Shown here: one piece after another, positions 9,125 to 19,133 of the stretch
Position numbering within the stretch: position 1 is the first letter of the stretch
Layout of the letters: each line of letters starts with the position of its first letter
Assembly (NCBI GenBank): GCA_965227295.1
Contig: OZ245742.1
Location: 1,472,001 to 1,536,000, forward strand
Direction: 5' to 3'
Length of the DNA: 64,000 nucleotides
DNA from: Leptonemataceae bacterium
GTDB taxonomy: Bacteria; Spirochaetota; Leptospiria; Leptospirales; Leptonemataceae
The notes under the pieces: model-generated
What the model saw: the letters and a program-made list of their open reading frames with translations, nothing else
Databases searched by the model: none
Told to the model about the DNA's origin: nothing
Position numbers and translations under genes: made by a program

Positions 9125-10276
9125 ATGACTGATACCTCACGACGTACTATCGCCTGTGTCACCGGAACCCGGGCGGACTATCCGCGGGTGAAGTCCGTGC
9201 TGCGGGAAATCGTCGCACGGCCGAACCTGGACCTTCGCTTGATCGTGACCGGTGCGCATCTTTCGAAGGCGTTCGGTTACACGATCACCGAGATCGAAGC
9301 GGACGGTTTTGAGATCGCGGAAAAGTTCGAAATCTACGATGAAGACGATACGCCCTACGGAATGGCGAAAGCCGCGGCCCGCTGCGCCGAGGGTACGGCT
9401 CACGCTCTGAAACGGATCGATCCGGATATTGTGTTGATCACCGTCGATCGCATGGAGACCCTGGCGGCGACGCAGTCCGCGGCGCTCATGAACTTCCCCA
9501 TCGCCCACGTTCAGGGCGGCGAGGTCACCGGTACCATCGACGAAAGCATTCGTCATGCAGTGACGAAACTTTCGCACATTCACTTTCCGGCTTCGCCCGA
9601 CGCCGCCGAACGTATCGTAAAGATGGGCGAGGACCCGCGGCACGTCCACCAGGTCGGCTGTCCGTATCTCGACATCATTACCGGGCTGGAGTACAAGAGC
9701 AAGGCCGAGATGGCCGCGAAGTACGGCTTCGATGCGGACAAACCGCTCGTCTTGTTTACGCAGCATCCGGTGACCACGGAGTTCGGCGAGGGCGGTGAGC
9801 AGGTAAAGAAAACCATCGAGGCGCTGAACGGTTTCCCGGACGTCGAGGTCTTCGCACTCTACTCGAACACCGACGCCGGCGGCCGGGAGATCGTCGAGAT
9901 CATGAAGCAGCAATCACGATATAAGATTTTTCCGAACATTGATTCGGCCGACTTTTTGAACATTATGAAGCACGCGGACCTCATGCTCGGCAATTCTTCG
10001 GCGGGTATTCGTGAGGCGCCGAGTTTCGAGCTCCCCGTGGTCAACGTCGGTTCGCGTCAGCAAGGCCGCGAACGCGCGGCGAACGTGATCGACGTGCCGC
10101 ACGAGGTCGGCGCCATTCGCGAAGCGATTCGGAAGGGATTGTCGAAGCCGTTTCGGGATTCTCTTAAGGGTGTTGTCAATCCCTACGGCGACGGTAAGTC
10201 CGCGAAACGAATCGTGGACATCCTGGAATCCGTTACGATTGATCGCGACCTGGTGCAAAAAATCATTCACTACTAA
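9125..10276 (+). CDS. neuC: UDP-N-acetylglucosamine 2-epimerase (hydrolysing, NeuC family) #1
   Basis: TGTRADY, HVQGGEVTGTIDESIRHAVTKLSHIHF, QHPVT, GNSSAGI.EAP, YGDGKSA.RI. Confidence 0.88.
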   Translation: MTDTSRRTIACVTGTRADYPRVKSVLREIVARPNLDLRLIVTGAHLSKAFGYTITEIEADGFEIAEKFEIYDEDDTPYGMAKAAARCAEGTAHALKRIDPDIVLITVDRMETLAATQSAALMNFPIAHVQGGEVTGTIDESIRHAVTKLSHIHFPASPDAAERIVKMGEDPRHVHQVGCPYLDIITGLEYKSKAEMAAKYGFDADKPLVLFTQHPVTTEFGEGGEQVKKTIEALNGFPDVEVFALYSNTDAGGREIVEIMKQQSRYKIFPNIDSADFLNIMKHADLMLGNSSAGIREAPSFELPVVNVGSRQQGRERAANVIDVPHEVGAIREAIRKGLSKPFRDSLKGVVNPYGDGKSAKRIVDILESVTIDRDLVQKIIHY

Positions 10277-10282
10277 CTTCAT

Positions 10283-11317
10283 ATGAGCTACGATTACAAG
10301 TCCATTCTGGTGACCGGCGGCGCCGGTTGCATCGGCATGCAGGTGTGCGCGGAACTGAGGCGCCGCGGTGCGAAGGTCCGTCTGTTTGATTTGCCGGAGC
10401 AGATTTCCCGCGTGCGGGAGTTTATTCCGGAAGATGTCGACATCTACTACGGTTCGATCCTCGACATGTCTTCCCTGCGCGACGGTATGGCCGGCTGTGA
10501 CGCGGTGATTCACCTTGCCGCGTACCTCGGTGTGATGCGCACGGAAACGAATCGCCTGCGGTGTCTGGATATCAACATGACGGGCACGCGCAACGTCCTC
10601 GACTGCGCCGTGCAGCATCGCGTGGAGAAGATCGTCTTCGCATCCTCCTCGGAAGTCTACGGCGAGCCCGTCGAAAATCCGGTGCGAGAAACGACTCTGA
10701 CCCAGGGCAAGACGGTCTACGCCGTAAGTAAACTTGCCGGGGAAGAACTCTGCAAGGCCTACAGTCAGCGCTATCCGCACCTTAAACATACCGTGTTGCG
10801 CTACTTCAACGCTTACGGTCCGTATCAAATTACACAATTCGTCATTCCGAAATTCGTCTACAACGTGCAGCACGATCGGCCGCCCATTATCTACGGCACC
10901 GGTGAGCAAATGCGTTCGTTTTGTTATTCCAGCGATACTGCCAGAGGGACCGTGGACGCCCTCTACAAACCTGAGGCGGACGGGCAGACCATCAATATCG
11001 GCAACAGCGAGTCCCTGGTCTCGCTGAAGGACCTGGCGAAACTCGTCATTGAGGTCGGCGGCAAAGAGGGCAAGATCGAAGCTGTCATCAATACCGAGTT
11101 TTCGAAGACGGACCGCGAAGAAAGTCGGGAGATCCATCGCCGCTACTGCGACACTTCCCTGGCGCTGAACCTGCTGGATTTTCGGCCGCGGGTCTCACTG
11201 CGCGACGGCATTGCGAACGTTTTTTCCGAGGGGCGCCTCTTTGACCGCTGGGAATCCAGCGACATTAAGTACACCCTCGACGAATGGATCGAAGACGACG
11301 GCGGCAACGATCGCTAA
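10283..11317 (+). CDS. NAD-dependent epimerase/dehydratase
   Basis: TGGAGCIG, HLAA, SSSEVYG, YAVSK, LRYFNAYGP. Confidence 0.88.
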   Translation: MSYDYKSILVTGGAGCIGMQVCAELRRRGAKVRLFDLPEQISRVREFIPEDVDIYYGSILDMSSLRDGMAGCDAVIHLAAYLGVMRTETNRLRCLDINMTGTRNVLDCAVQHRVEKIVFASSSEVYGEPVENPVRETTLTQGKTVYAVSKLAGEELCKAYSQRYPHLKHTVLRYFNAYGPYQITQFVIPKFVYNVQHDRPPIIYGTGEQMRSFCYSSDTARGTVDALYKPEADGQTINIGNSESLVSLKDLAKLVIEVGGKEGKIEAVINTEFSKTDREESREIHRRYCDTSLALNLLDFRPRVSLRDGIANVFSEGRLFDRWESSDIKYTLDEWIEDDGGNDR

Positions 11318-11338
11318 AGTTCTTCGACTATAACTTAG
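11314..11338. promoter_or_regulatory. Perfect CTAA-N17-TTAG copy of the dispersed palindromic motif, spanning a stop codon and ending next to the following start
   Basis: ctaa agttcttcgactataac ttag; function unknown. Confidence 0.6.
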
Positions 11339-11339
11339 C

Positions 11340-12926
11340 ATGAAAGCTCTTTTTGTAAGCCAGAGCAATTCGCTGCGGCTGTTTTTCGATCTTTACCGCG
11401 ATATGCACGGGGCCGGTAAGATCGAAGCTTGCGGATTCTACGTTTCCGGCTCGGATTTCTACCGGAAGTTCGAGCACCGGGAGGCTCTGGATCAATTGCC
11501 GCTCTTGAAAGAGTGGGAGATCCTGGAGAGGGCTTCGCAGCGCAGCCCCGACCTCGACAAACTCAGAGTGTATGAGGAACGTTACGAGGATGTGACGCTC
11601 TGGCGAGCCTTAAATGCGGATCGGCGTATTTACTTCGGACGGGACGCGACATTCATCCAGGACTATCCGGCGCGGTTCGGACACGATCGTATGCTCGCGA
11701 TTCTTCAGACCGCCGTCGAAGACATCGAAGACTTCTTCGATCGTGTGCAGCCGGATTTCGTGGCGTCGTTTATTTGCGTCACCCTCGGCGAGTACCTCAT
11801 CTATCTCGTCGCGAAACGACGCGGCGTTCCCGTGGTCAACATGCGTCCGACGCGCCTGCGGAATTACTTCTTCGGAGGCGAGACGATTTTCGAGCCGTCC
11901 CTGGACTTACAATCAGAGTACGAGAAGTTGTTAAGAGACGGCTTGCCGGAGATGCAGCGCGAAGACCTTGAGGCTTATCTGGAAGGCGTGCGCGGCAGCC
12001 ACGCCATGTACGAGGGGGTGATGCCGGTTTCCGCCGTATATCGTGCCCGCATCTTCGCAGCGATCGGCGGATTGATCAGGAGCGGCTTTCGTTTTCTGGC
12101 GCACATCCCGGCGCTCATTAGAGAATGGTACGCTTATTCGTTTGGAGAGTATCGCCATGACAACAGCCACGTCCCGCGCACCCGACTCTCGCGCTTTCTT
12201 TTGATTCTGAAACCCTACCGACGTTTGGCGGAGCGCCGCGCCCTGAACCGGCACTACGCCGCGGTAAACAAGCTTCCGGCGGGCAGCTTCGTCTTTTATC
12301 CGCTGCATAAGGAGCCGGAACAAACCATGCAGGTCTACAGCCGGCCGTTTCAGAATCAGATCGAAGTCATTCGCAATCTTGCTCTGAATCTGCCCGTCAG
12401 TATGCGGTTGGTCGTCAAAGAACATCCGGTATCCGTAGGCTATCGACCGTTAACTTTCTATAAAAAGATATTAGCCATCCCCAATGTGATGATGGCCGCT
12501 CCGGAGACTAAAAGCAGCGCGCTCATCGAAAAAGCGAAGCTCGTGGCGGTGATCAGCGGTTCCGGCGCCCTGGAAGCGATTATGATGCGTAAACCCGCGT
12601 TGCACCTGGGGCGAGTCCCGTTTTCCATGCTGCCGGATTCCATGATCTCTCGGGCGGTGGACCTGTTTGAACTCGGCGAACTCATGCGCCGTATGATGCA
12701 TGAGCACAGTCACGACGAGGAAGCGTTGCTTGCTTATCTGGCCGCCGTGCAGAATCTTTCCGTTTCCGTAGATTGGTATACGCGCCTGCTGGGACGCGGC
12801 GAGGGTTTTCGCTTCGGCAACGGAAAGGAAAGCGCGGAAGAGTCGCGGGCAGCGCGCGCACAACAGATTCGCGATCTCGGAGATTACATATTGCGTCGGG
12901 CCGGCGTCAACAATGTGAGCGTTTGA
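11340..12926 (+). CDS. Putative capsule-biosynthesis (KpsS/Capsule_synth-like) glycosyltransferase
   Basis: FYPLHKEPE, VVKEHP, VISGSGALEA in the C-terminal domain; located beside neuBAC. Confidence 0.6.
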   Translation: MKALFVSQSNSLRLFFDLYRDMHGAGKIEACGFYVSGSDFYRKFEHREALDQLPLLKEWEILERASQRSPDLDKLRVYEERYEDVTLWRALNADRRIYFGRDATFIQDYPARFGHDRMLAILQTAVEDIEDFFDRVQPDFVASFICVTLGEYLIYLVAKRRGVPVVNMRPTRLRNYFFGGETIFEPSLDLQSEYEKLLRDGLPEMQREDLEAYLEGVRGSHAMYEGVMPVSAVYRARIFAAIGGLIRSGFRFLAHIPALIREWYAYSFGEYRHDNSHVPRTRLSRFLLILKPYRRLAERRALNRHYAAVNKLPAGSFVFYPLHKEPEQTMQVYSRPFQNQIEVIRNLALNLPVSMRLVVKEHPVSVGYRPLTFYKKILAIPNVMMAAPETKSSALIEKAKLVAVISGSGALEAIMMRKPALHLGRVPFSMLPDSMISRAVDLFELGELMRRMMHEHSHDEEALLAYLAAVQNLSVSVDWYTRLLGRGEGFRFGNGKESAEESRAARAQQIRDLGDYILRRAGVNNVSV

Positions 12927-12930
12927 TCTT

Positions 12931-14001
12931 ATGAACGAACCAGGCACAGTTCAGATCGGTGATGCGGTAGTCGGTCCCGGGCGGCCGTGCTTCGTCATTG
13001 CCGAGGTGGCTCAGGCCCACGACGGTTCGCTGGGTTTCGCGCACAGCTACATCGACGCCGCGGCGGACGCCGGGGCGGACGCGATCAAGTTTCAGACGCA
13101 CATCGCCGGTGAAGAGAGCACCCGGGACGAACAGTGGCGCGTTAAGTTTTCGTACGAAGACGACAGCCGCTACGACTACTGGAAGCGCATGGAGTTTCTG
13201 CCGGAGCACTGGGTCGGCCTGGCCGAGCATGCCCGGAAGCGCGACCTTGTCTTTCTCAGCTCGGCCTTCTCGAAGCAAGCGGTGGAGTTGCTGGAGCGCC
13301 TGGAGATGCCGGCCTACAAGGTCGCCTCGGGCGAAACCGGAAGCGCGGCCCTGCTGGATATTATGATTCGCACGGGCAAACCGATCCTGATCAGCACGGG
13401 TATGTCGCCCTGGTCCGAGATCGACGCCTGCGTGGAGCGGGTGCGGGGCGCGGGCAACGCTGCGGCCGTGTTCCAGTGCACCAGCAAGTATCCGACGCCC
13501 CTTGATCAGGTCGGCCTCAACGTGCTCGAAGAAATAACGACGCGCTACAGTCTTCCGTCCGGTCTTTCGGATCATACGGGCACGGTGCATCCGGCTCTGG
13601 CCGCCATCTCAGCCGGTACGGCGCACCTTCTGGAAGTGCATGTTACCTTTCACCGGGGCATGTTCGGCCCGGATGTGCCGGCCTCCTTAACATTCGAAGA
13701 GTTAAAGCTAGTATGCGATCATCGTAACGCCGTCGAGCGTATGCGCCGGAATCCCGTGGATAAGGACGCCCTGGCCGCGGAGCTGGCGACCATGCGGGCG
13801 CTGTTCAACAAGAGCGTCGCGCTTAAAGAGGATCAGCCGGCGGGTACGATTCTAACCGAAGACATGCTCACAATCAAGAAGCCCGGTTCCGGCATCCCCG
13901 GCGGGCGCCTGCGTGAAGTGATCGGGCGGAAGCTCCGCGCTCCGGCGGCGGCGGATATGCTACTGGATCCGGCGCAGCTCGATCCGGAAATGCAATTATG
14001 A
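12931..14001 (+). CDS. neuB: Nonulosonic acid synthase (NeuB family) #2
   Basis: IAEVAQAHDGSLG, IKFQTH, KVASGE, QCTSKYPT, GLSDH, IKKPGSGI. Confidence 0.88.
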   Translation: MNEPGTVQIGDAVVGPGRPCFVIAEVAQAHDGSLGFAHSYIDAAADAGADAIKFQTHIAGEESTRDEQWRVKFSYEDDSRYDYWKRMEFLPEHWVGLAEHARKRDLVFLSSAFSKQAVELLERLEMPAYKVASGETGSAALLDIMIRTGKPILISTGMSPWSEIDACVERVRGAGNAAAVFQCTSKYPTPLDQVGLNVLEEITTRYSLPSGLSDHTGTVHPALAAISAGTAHLLEVHVTFHRGMFGPDVPASLTFEELKLVCDHRNAVERMRRNPVDKDALAAELATMRALFNKSVALKEDQPAGTILTEDMLTIKKPGSGIPGGRLREVIGRKLRAPAAADMLLDPAQLDPEMQL

Positions 14002-15197
14002 CAAACACCGACACCTCAGGTTCGCGACCGAGACGAGTTTGCGTGGTTCTGACTGACCGGGCGAACTACGGTCGACTATGGCCGGTGATGCGTGCCATTG
14101 ACAACGACGATCGCCTGGAGATGGTCACGGTCTGTACCGGCACCATGCTGTTGGAACGATTCGGCAAGGCTGAACGGATCGTGGAGCAGGACGGCTTCCG
14201 GATCGACGGGCGCATCTACATGGAACTGGAAGGCAGCGTTCCGGAGACCATGACTAAGTCCATCGGCTTCGGAATCAGCGAGTTTTCTTCCGAGTTCATG
14301 CGGCTGAAGCCGGACCTGGTCCTGGTGATCGGTGACCGCTACGAGGCCCTGGCCGCGGTGATTGCAGCGGCGTATCAAAACATCTGCATCGCGCACATTC
14401 AGGGCGGCGAGGTCAGTGGTTCCATCGACGAGAGTACCCGCCACGCGATAACGAAGTTCGCACACTATCATTTTCCTGCTACGGTACGAGCGGCGGAGTA
14501 CATCGTACGGATGGGGGAGAATCCCGATCATGTCTTTCATGTCGGCTGCCCCTGTGGCGATTTCATTCGTCCGCTGGAAGCCGATTTACCGGAGGATTTA
14601 TTTCAACGGACGGGCAGCGGGGCGACGTTGAGCCCGAACAAACCGTTCATACTCGTGATCTTTCATCCGGTTACGACCGGCTTCGGCAGTGAACTTCCGC
14701 AAACCGAAGAACTGCTGGCGGCCCTGTCCGGGCAAGAACACTCCGTGGTCTGGCTGTGGCCGAACATCGACGCCGGGGCCGATCATATCAGCAAAGCGCT
14801 CAGGCAGTATCGCGAGAAAAACAAGTCCGACGACTGGCTTTACTTCGCGAAGAACTTCGATCCGATCACGTTTCAAAAATTACTCAAGCGCACCGTCTGC
14901 GCCGTGGGCAACTCTTCGTCCTTCGTACGCGATTCGACTTTCTCCGGCACGCCGGTTGTGTTGATCGGTAATCGCCAGGAAGGCCGGGAGACCGGGAGCA
15001 ATCTTGTACACGTTAGACCGGAACGGGCTGAGATCAAAGCCGCCATCGATCGGCAATTGCGGCACGGTCGTTACGAACCGGATTCGTTATACGGAGACGG
15101 CAACGCCGCAGAACGCATCGCGGAGCATCTCAGAGAATTGAAGCTCTTCACGCAGAAACGTTTGCATTATATTTACGATGAGGGCGGTTCCGCTTGA
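13998..15197 (+). CDS. neuC: UDP-N-acetylglucosamine 2-epimerase (hydrolysing, NeuC family) #2
   Basis: RANYGR, IGDRYE, HIQGGEVSGSIDE..RHAITK, FHPVT, WPNIDAG, GNSSS, YGDG.A. Confidence 0.87.
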   Translation: MTNTDTSGSRPRRVCVVLTDRANYGRLWPVMRAIDNDDRLEMVTVCTGTMLLERFGKAERIVEQDGFRIDGRIYMELEGSVPETMTKSIGFGISEFSSEFMRLKPDLVLVIGDRYEALAAVIAAAYQNICIAHIQGGEVSGSIDESTRHAITKFAHYHFPATVRAAEYIVRMGENPDHVFHVGCPCGDFIRPLEADLPEDLFQRTGSGATLSPNKPFILVIFHPVTTGFGSELPQTEELLAALSGQEHSVVWLWPNIDAGADHISKALRQYREKNKSDDWLYFAKNFDPITFQKLLKRTVCAVGNSSSFVRDSTFSGTPVVLIGNRQEGRETGSNLVHVRPERAEIKAAIDRQLRHGRYEPDSLYGDGNAAERIAEHLRELKLFTQKRLHYIYDEGGSA

Positions 15198-15931
15198 GCG
15201 CCTCGCAGTCGTCTCCGGAAGGCGCCGTGCTTGGATTGATTGTGGCCCGGGGCGGATCGAAGGGGCTGCCCGGAAAAAACGTGCGGGACCTGCTCGGCAA
15301 ACCGCTCATCGGCTGGGTGAGCGAGAGTGCCGCAAACAGTGAGCGCATCGACGAGGTCGCAGTCTCCACCGACGACGATGACATCCGTACCGCCGCCGTG
15401 AACCACGGAGCCCGGGCGCCGTTTGTGCGGCCGCCCGAACTGGCAACGGACAGCGCTCTCGTGATCGACGTTATTCTGCATGCCCTGGACTGGTTCGAAG
15501 AGCACGAGCAAAAATTTTTTAAGTATGTCTGTCTCGCGCAGCCCACTTCTCCGGTGACCTCCGCCGGGGATTACGATCGAGCCATTGATCTCGCGTTTCG
15601 CGAAAATGCCGACACGGTTATATCGGTCTACCCGGTGGACCATCATCCGCACTTTCACTTTACGCTCGAAGAAACTACGTTCCGGGCGCAGTGGTTGTTC
15701 GGCGCCCCGGACGGAGCCATGCGTCGCCGTCAGGACCTCGGCGAGATCTACGCGCGCACCGGCAATGTCTACGTCTTTCGTACCGCGCTCTTGCGAGAGA
15801 AACGTTCTCTGTACGGCGATCGGATTCACGCCGTCATCGTTCCCAGGGAACGAGCAGTGACCATCGATACGGAGTACGACTTCGCGGTGGCCGAGCTGCA
15901 AATGAAACGCTACCTGGAACATCAAACATGA
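15194..15931 (+). CDS. neuA: Acylneuraminate cytidylyltransferase (NeuA family) #2
   Basis: ARGGSKGLPGKN, VSTDD, PFVRP.ELATD, QPTSP, RRQD, IDT.YD. Confidence 0.87.
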   Translation: MSASQSSPEGAVLGLIVARGGSKGLPGKNVRDLLGKPLIGWVSESAANSERIDEVAVSTDDDDIRTAAVNHGARAPFVRPPELATDSALVIDVILHALDWFEEHEQKFFKYVCLAQPTSPVTSAGDYDRAIDLAFRENADTVISVYPVDHHPHFHFTLEETTFRAQWLFGAPDGAMRRRQDLGEIYARTGNVYVFRTALLREKRSLYGDRIHAVIVPRERAVTIDTEYDFAVAELQMKRYLEHQT

Positions 15932-17433
15932 ATGCCGGCAACAACGGGGACTCACCGGCGGGGCCGGTGATCTTAATCGCCACCAGCCGAAACTTTACGA
16001 TTCGCTATCTGCTCTACTCGGACATCATGAGCACGCTGGAGCAGGCGGGAGCGCGTTTCGTCCTGGTGTTGCGAGACGGGGACCTGGACTACTACAGAGA
16101 AAAATTCAGCGGCCGTAACGTGGTGTTGGAGCCGCTGATGATCAATGCCAGTCGGAGCCTCATTCGTAGCACCGCCTTCGGCCGCATCTTTACGATGGCC
16201 CGGGGTATCATGAACGGCGGCGGTGGGGAAGTGAAGAATACCACCGTCGGCGTGCGGCGCAGTCAGATTCAACTGAGCGGAGCGATCGGTGTTCGCGCGC
16301 TGTTGGAACGTTTCACGGCCATCGTCCTCGGCAGCCTGGGAAGCCGCCTGCGCTTCCTCCGGAATTTCTTCGTTCGTCTCGAAGGATGGCTTATGCCGGG
16401 CCGCAATTACGATGACCTCTTTCGCCGGCACGCTCCGGACACGGCCATTGTTTCTTCGCTCGGTTTCGGAATCGATCCGTTGATCATGCGCAGCGCGCGG
16501 CGTAACGGATGTCCGGTGATTTCGATCATCCACAGCTGGGACAATCCGTCGACGAAAGGCTATCGCGGGGCCGATGCCGATCTGGTCATCACCTGGAACG
16601 AGGCCATGAAGCAGGAATTGCGTTACTTTCACGACATTCCGGAGCGCAACATAGAAATCGGCGGTGTGGCGCATTGGGACTTTTACTTCGACGGCCGGTT
16701 CGAAAAGCAAGCCAGCAGCCGTGACGAGTTCTTTCGCCGGTACGATCTGGATCCGCGGCGCCGGCTCTTGTTTTACGGTGCGGGCAGTAACAAGAATTTT
16801 CCGCGAACCTTTGATGTGATCGAAGGGCTCCTCGAACGCATGGCGGCCGGAGAGCTTGCGGAGCCCGCTCAGGTTTTGATGCGGCTGCATCCCGCGTACC
16901 TGGACCGCGGTCGTGTTCTCAAAGATGCCATCGTCCTGGACGAGTACAGAGATCGCATGGAACAACTTTCCCGGCGCTTTCCGGAGTTGGTTCGATTTAA
17001 CATTCCCCGGATGAAAGTGCTGACCGAAGACATCGACATGCCGCCGGAAGATATGCAGGACCTCGCCGAGATGATACACTTCTGCGACGCGCTCCTCAAC
17101 GAATACTCCACGCTCATGATCGAAGGCGCCGTTTTTGACGTGCCGGTCATCAATGTGGGCCTGTTTCATTTTCGAGATACGAATCTGCCGGCGAAGCATT
17201 TCGAAGAGTACTATCACATTCGACGCATTCTCGATACCGAAGCCTTCGACGCGGCGTACTCCTTCGAGGATCTGGTCGACCGGATCAACAGCGCGTTTCA
17301 AGATCCCGGGGCGCGGCAGGCCGGACGTCGGCGCCTGGTGGATCGCGAGTTGGCCTGGAATCGCGGAACCGCGGGGCGACGGATTGCATCGATGATCCTG
17401 GACCGGGTCGGTGCAGGTGGTAATAAATCGTGA
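15928..17433 (+). CDS. Putative GT-B fold transferase (TagF/CDP-glycerol-transferase-like); paralog of 51881-53359
   Basis: ATG at 15928 overlaps the neuA stop (ATGA); SWDN..TKG, GGVAHWD, RLHP, STL.IE motifs shared with 51881. Confidence 0.55.
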   Translation: MNAGNNGDSPAGPVILIATSRNFTIRYLLYSDIMSTLEQAGARFVLVLRDGDLDYYREKFSGRNVVLEPLMINASRSLIRSTAFGRIFTMARGIMNGGGGEVKNTTVGVRRSQIQLSGAIGVRALLERFTAIVLGSLGSRLRFLRNFFVRLEGWLMPGRNYDDLFRRHAPDTAIVSSLGFGIDPLIMRSARRNGCPVISIIHSWDNPSTKGYRGADADLVITWNEAMKQELRYFHDIPERNIEIGGVAHWDFYFDGRFEKQASSRDEFFRRYDLDPRRRLLFYGAGSNKNFPRTFDVIEGLLERMAAGELAEPAQVLMRLHPAYLDRGRVLKDAIVLDEYRDRMEQLSRRFPELVRFNIPRMKVLTEDIDMPPEDMQDLAEMIHFCDALLNEYSTLMIEGAVFDVPVINVGLFHFRDTNLPAKHFEEYYHIRRILDTEAFDAAYSFEDLVDRINSAFQDPGARQAGRRRLVDRELAWNRGTAGRRIASMILDRVGAGGNKS

Positions 17434-17451
17434 GTAGAAGTTAGAGAGCTT

Positions 17452-18201
17452 ATGCTGAAGTCCAGGCTGAAAAACAACGAGCAAACCATCGGATCCTGGG
17501 TCACGCTGGCGCATCCGCTCGTGCCCGAACTGCTGGCCCACGGCGGTTACGACTGGCTCTGTGTGGATCTGGAGCACAGCTCCATCGAACTCGGGGATCT
17601 CCTGCCGTTGCTCATTTCCATCGAAGCGAAGGGCATGGTTCCCCTGGTGCGCGTCGGTGAGAACGATGCGAATTTGATCAAACGCGTCATGGACGCCGGT
17701 GCTCACGGCGTGATCGTGGCGAACGTGCGCACGCCCGACGAAGCGAAGCGAGCCGTCAGCGCGGTGAAGTATCCCCCCAAAGGCAGGCGCGGTGTCGGTT
17801 TGTACCGCGCCCAGGACTACGGTCGGCGTTTCGATGACTACATTCGCTGGATGGAAGACGAGAGCGTGGTCATCGTGCAGATCGAACATATCGACGCCGT
17901 CGAGCATATCGACGATATCCTGAGCGTGGACGGGGTGGACGCGTTTATGATCGGGCCGTACGATCTTTCGGGTTCTCTGGGGATGCCCGGTAAATTAGAC
18001 GCACCAGAAGTTAGCGGGGCTGTCGAGCGCGTGCTGGAAGCGGGCCGCCGCCTGGGTGTGCCCGCCGGGTATCATGCCGTGCAACCGCAGCCGGACCTGG
18101 CCCGTTCGTGCATGGAACGCGGCTTTCGTTTCCTGGCCTACAGCACCGATGCGATCCTCCTGAGCACAGCCGCGGCTAAATCTATGGAGGGTCTGCGCTG
18201 A
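17452..18201 (+). CDS. HpcH/HpaI-family class II pyruvate aldolase
   Basis: DWLCVDLEHS, PLVRV, KRVMDAGA.G, YPPKGRRG, QIEH, IGPYDLS.S.G. Confidence 0.88.
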   Translation: MLKSRLKNNEQTIGSWVTLAHPLVPELLAHGGYDWLCVDLEHSSIELGDLLPLLISIEAKGMVPLVRVGENDANLIKRVMDAGAHGVIVANVRTPDEAKRAVSAVKYPPKGRRGVGLYRAQDYGRRFDDYIRWMEDESVVIVQIEHIDAVEHIDDILSVDGVDAFMIGPYDLSGSLGMPGKLDAPEVSGAVERVLEAGRRLGVPAGYHAVQPQPDLARSCMERGFRFLAYSTDAILLSTAAAKSMEGLR

Positions 18202-18209
18202 GCCGTCCG

Positions 18210-19133
18210 TTGATCCGCGTCACGGCCAACGCGTTCTCGAAGAACGAAGCGTTGCGCGCACGGCTCGCCGATGCTTTTCCCGGTTGCGCCTTTAATGAAA
18301 CCGGGAAGCGTTTCACTCGCGGCGAGTTGATCGAGTTTCTGAGCGAGGCCGACGGAGCCGTCGTAGGTCTGGACGTAATCGACGACGACGTGCTTGCGGA
18401 GTTGCCGAAGTTACGCTGCATTGCGAAGTACGGTGTCGGACTGAACAACATCGACCTCGACGCCGCAAAAAAACGCAACGTCAGCATTCAATGGCGCGGC
18501 GGGGTGAATCGTCGCTCGGTGAGTGAACTGGCCCTGGCCTTCATGCTCGGCCTCGCGCGCAATGTCTTTCGTACCGGTTATCAGTTAAAGAGTGACGGCA
18601 CCTGGAATAAAAGCGGCGGCTTGCAGTTGAGCGAGAAAACCGTCGGCATCATCGGTTGCGGTTATATTGGAACGGACCTTTTGCAATTGCTGCAAGCGTT
18701 TCATTGCAACGTCTTGATCCACGACATCGTCGATAAGAGCGAAACGGCGACGCGCTTCGGTGCGCGGCTGAGTTCTTTCAACGATGTTTTGCGCAGCGCG
18801 GATTTCGTAACGTTGCACGTCCCGCTTACGAACCTGACGCATCACATGATCCGTACCGAAACGCTGGAGATGATGAAGCCGACGGCGTACTTAATTAACA
18901 CGGCCCGGGGCGAAATCGTGGACCAGGCGGCGCTGAAAGCGGCGCTTCAGAACGGGACGCTCGCCGGGGCGGCGTTGGACGTCTTTGACGAAGAACCTCC
19001 GGGAGATCTGGAGTTTCTGGCGTTGCCGAACCTCATGGTGAGCCCGCACATCGGCGGCAACGCTCGCGAAGCCGTGCTGGCCATGGGCGAGGCGGCCATC
19101 CAGGGGCTGCAAGATTATTTTTCGAATGACTGA
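18210..19133 (+). CDS. D-isomer 2-hydroxyacid (phosphoglycerate-dehydrogenase-like) dehydrogenase
   Basis: KYGVG.NNID, GIIGCGYIG, LHVPLT, INTARG, AALDVF..EP, PHIGG. Confidence 0.88.
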   Translation: MIRVTANAFSKNEALRARLADAFPGCAFNETGKRFTRGELIEFLSEADGAVVGLDVIDDDVLAELPKLRCIAKYGVGLNNIDLDAAKKRNVSIQWRGGVNRRSVSELALAFMLGLARNVFRTGYQLKSDGTWNKSGGLQLSEKTVGIIGCGYIGTDLLQLLQAFHCNVLIHDIVDKSETATRFGARLSSFNDVLRSADFVTLHVPLTNLTHHMIRTETLEMMKPTAYLINTARGEIVDQAALKAALQNGTLAGAALDVFDEEPPGDLEFLALPNLMVSPHIGGNAREAVLAMGEAAIQGLQDYFSND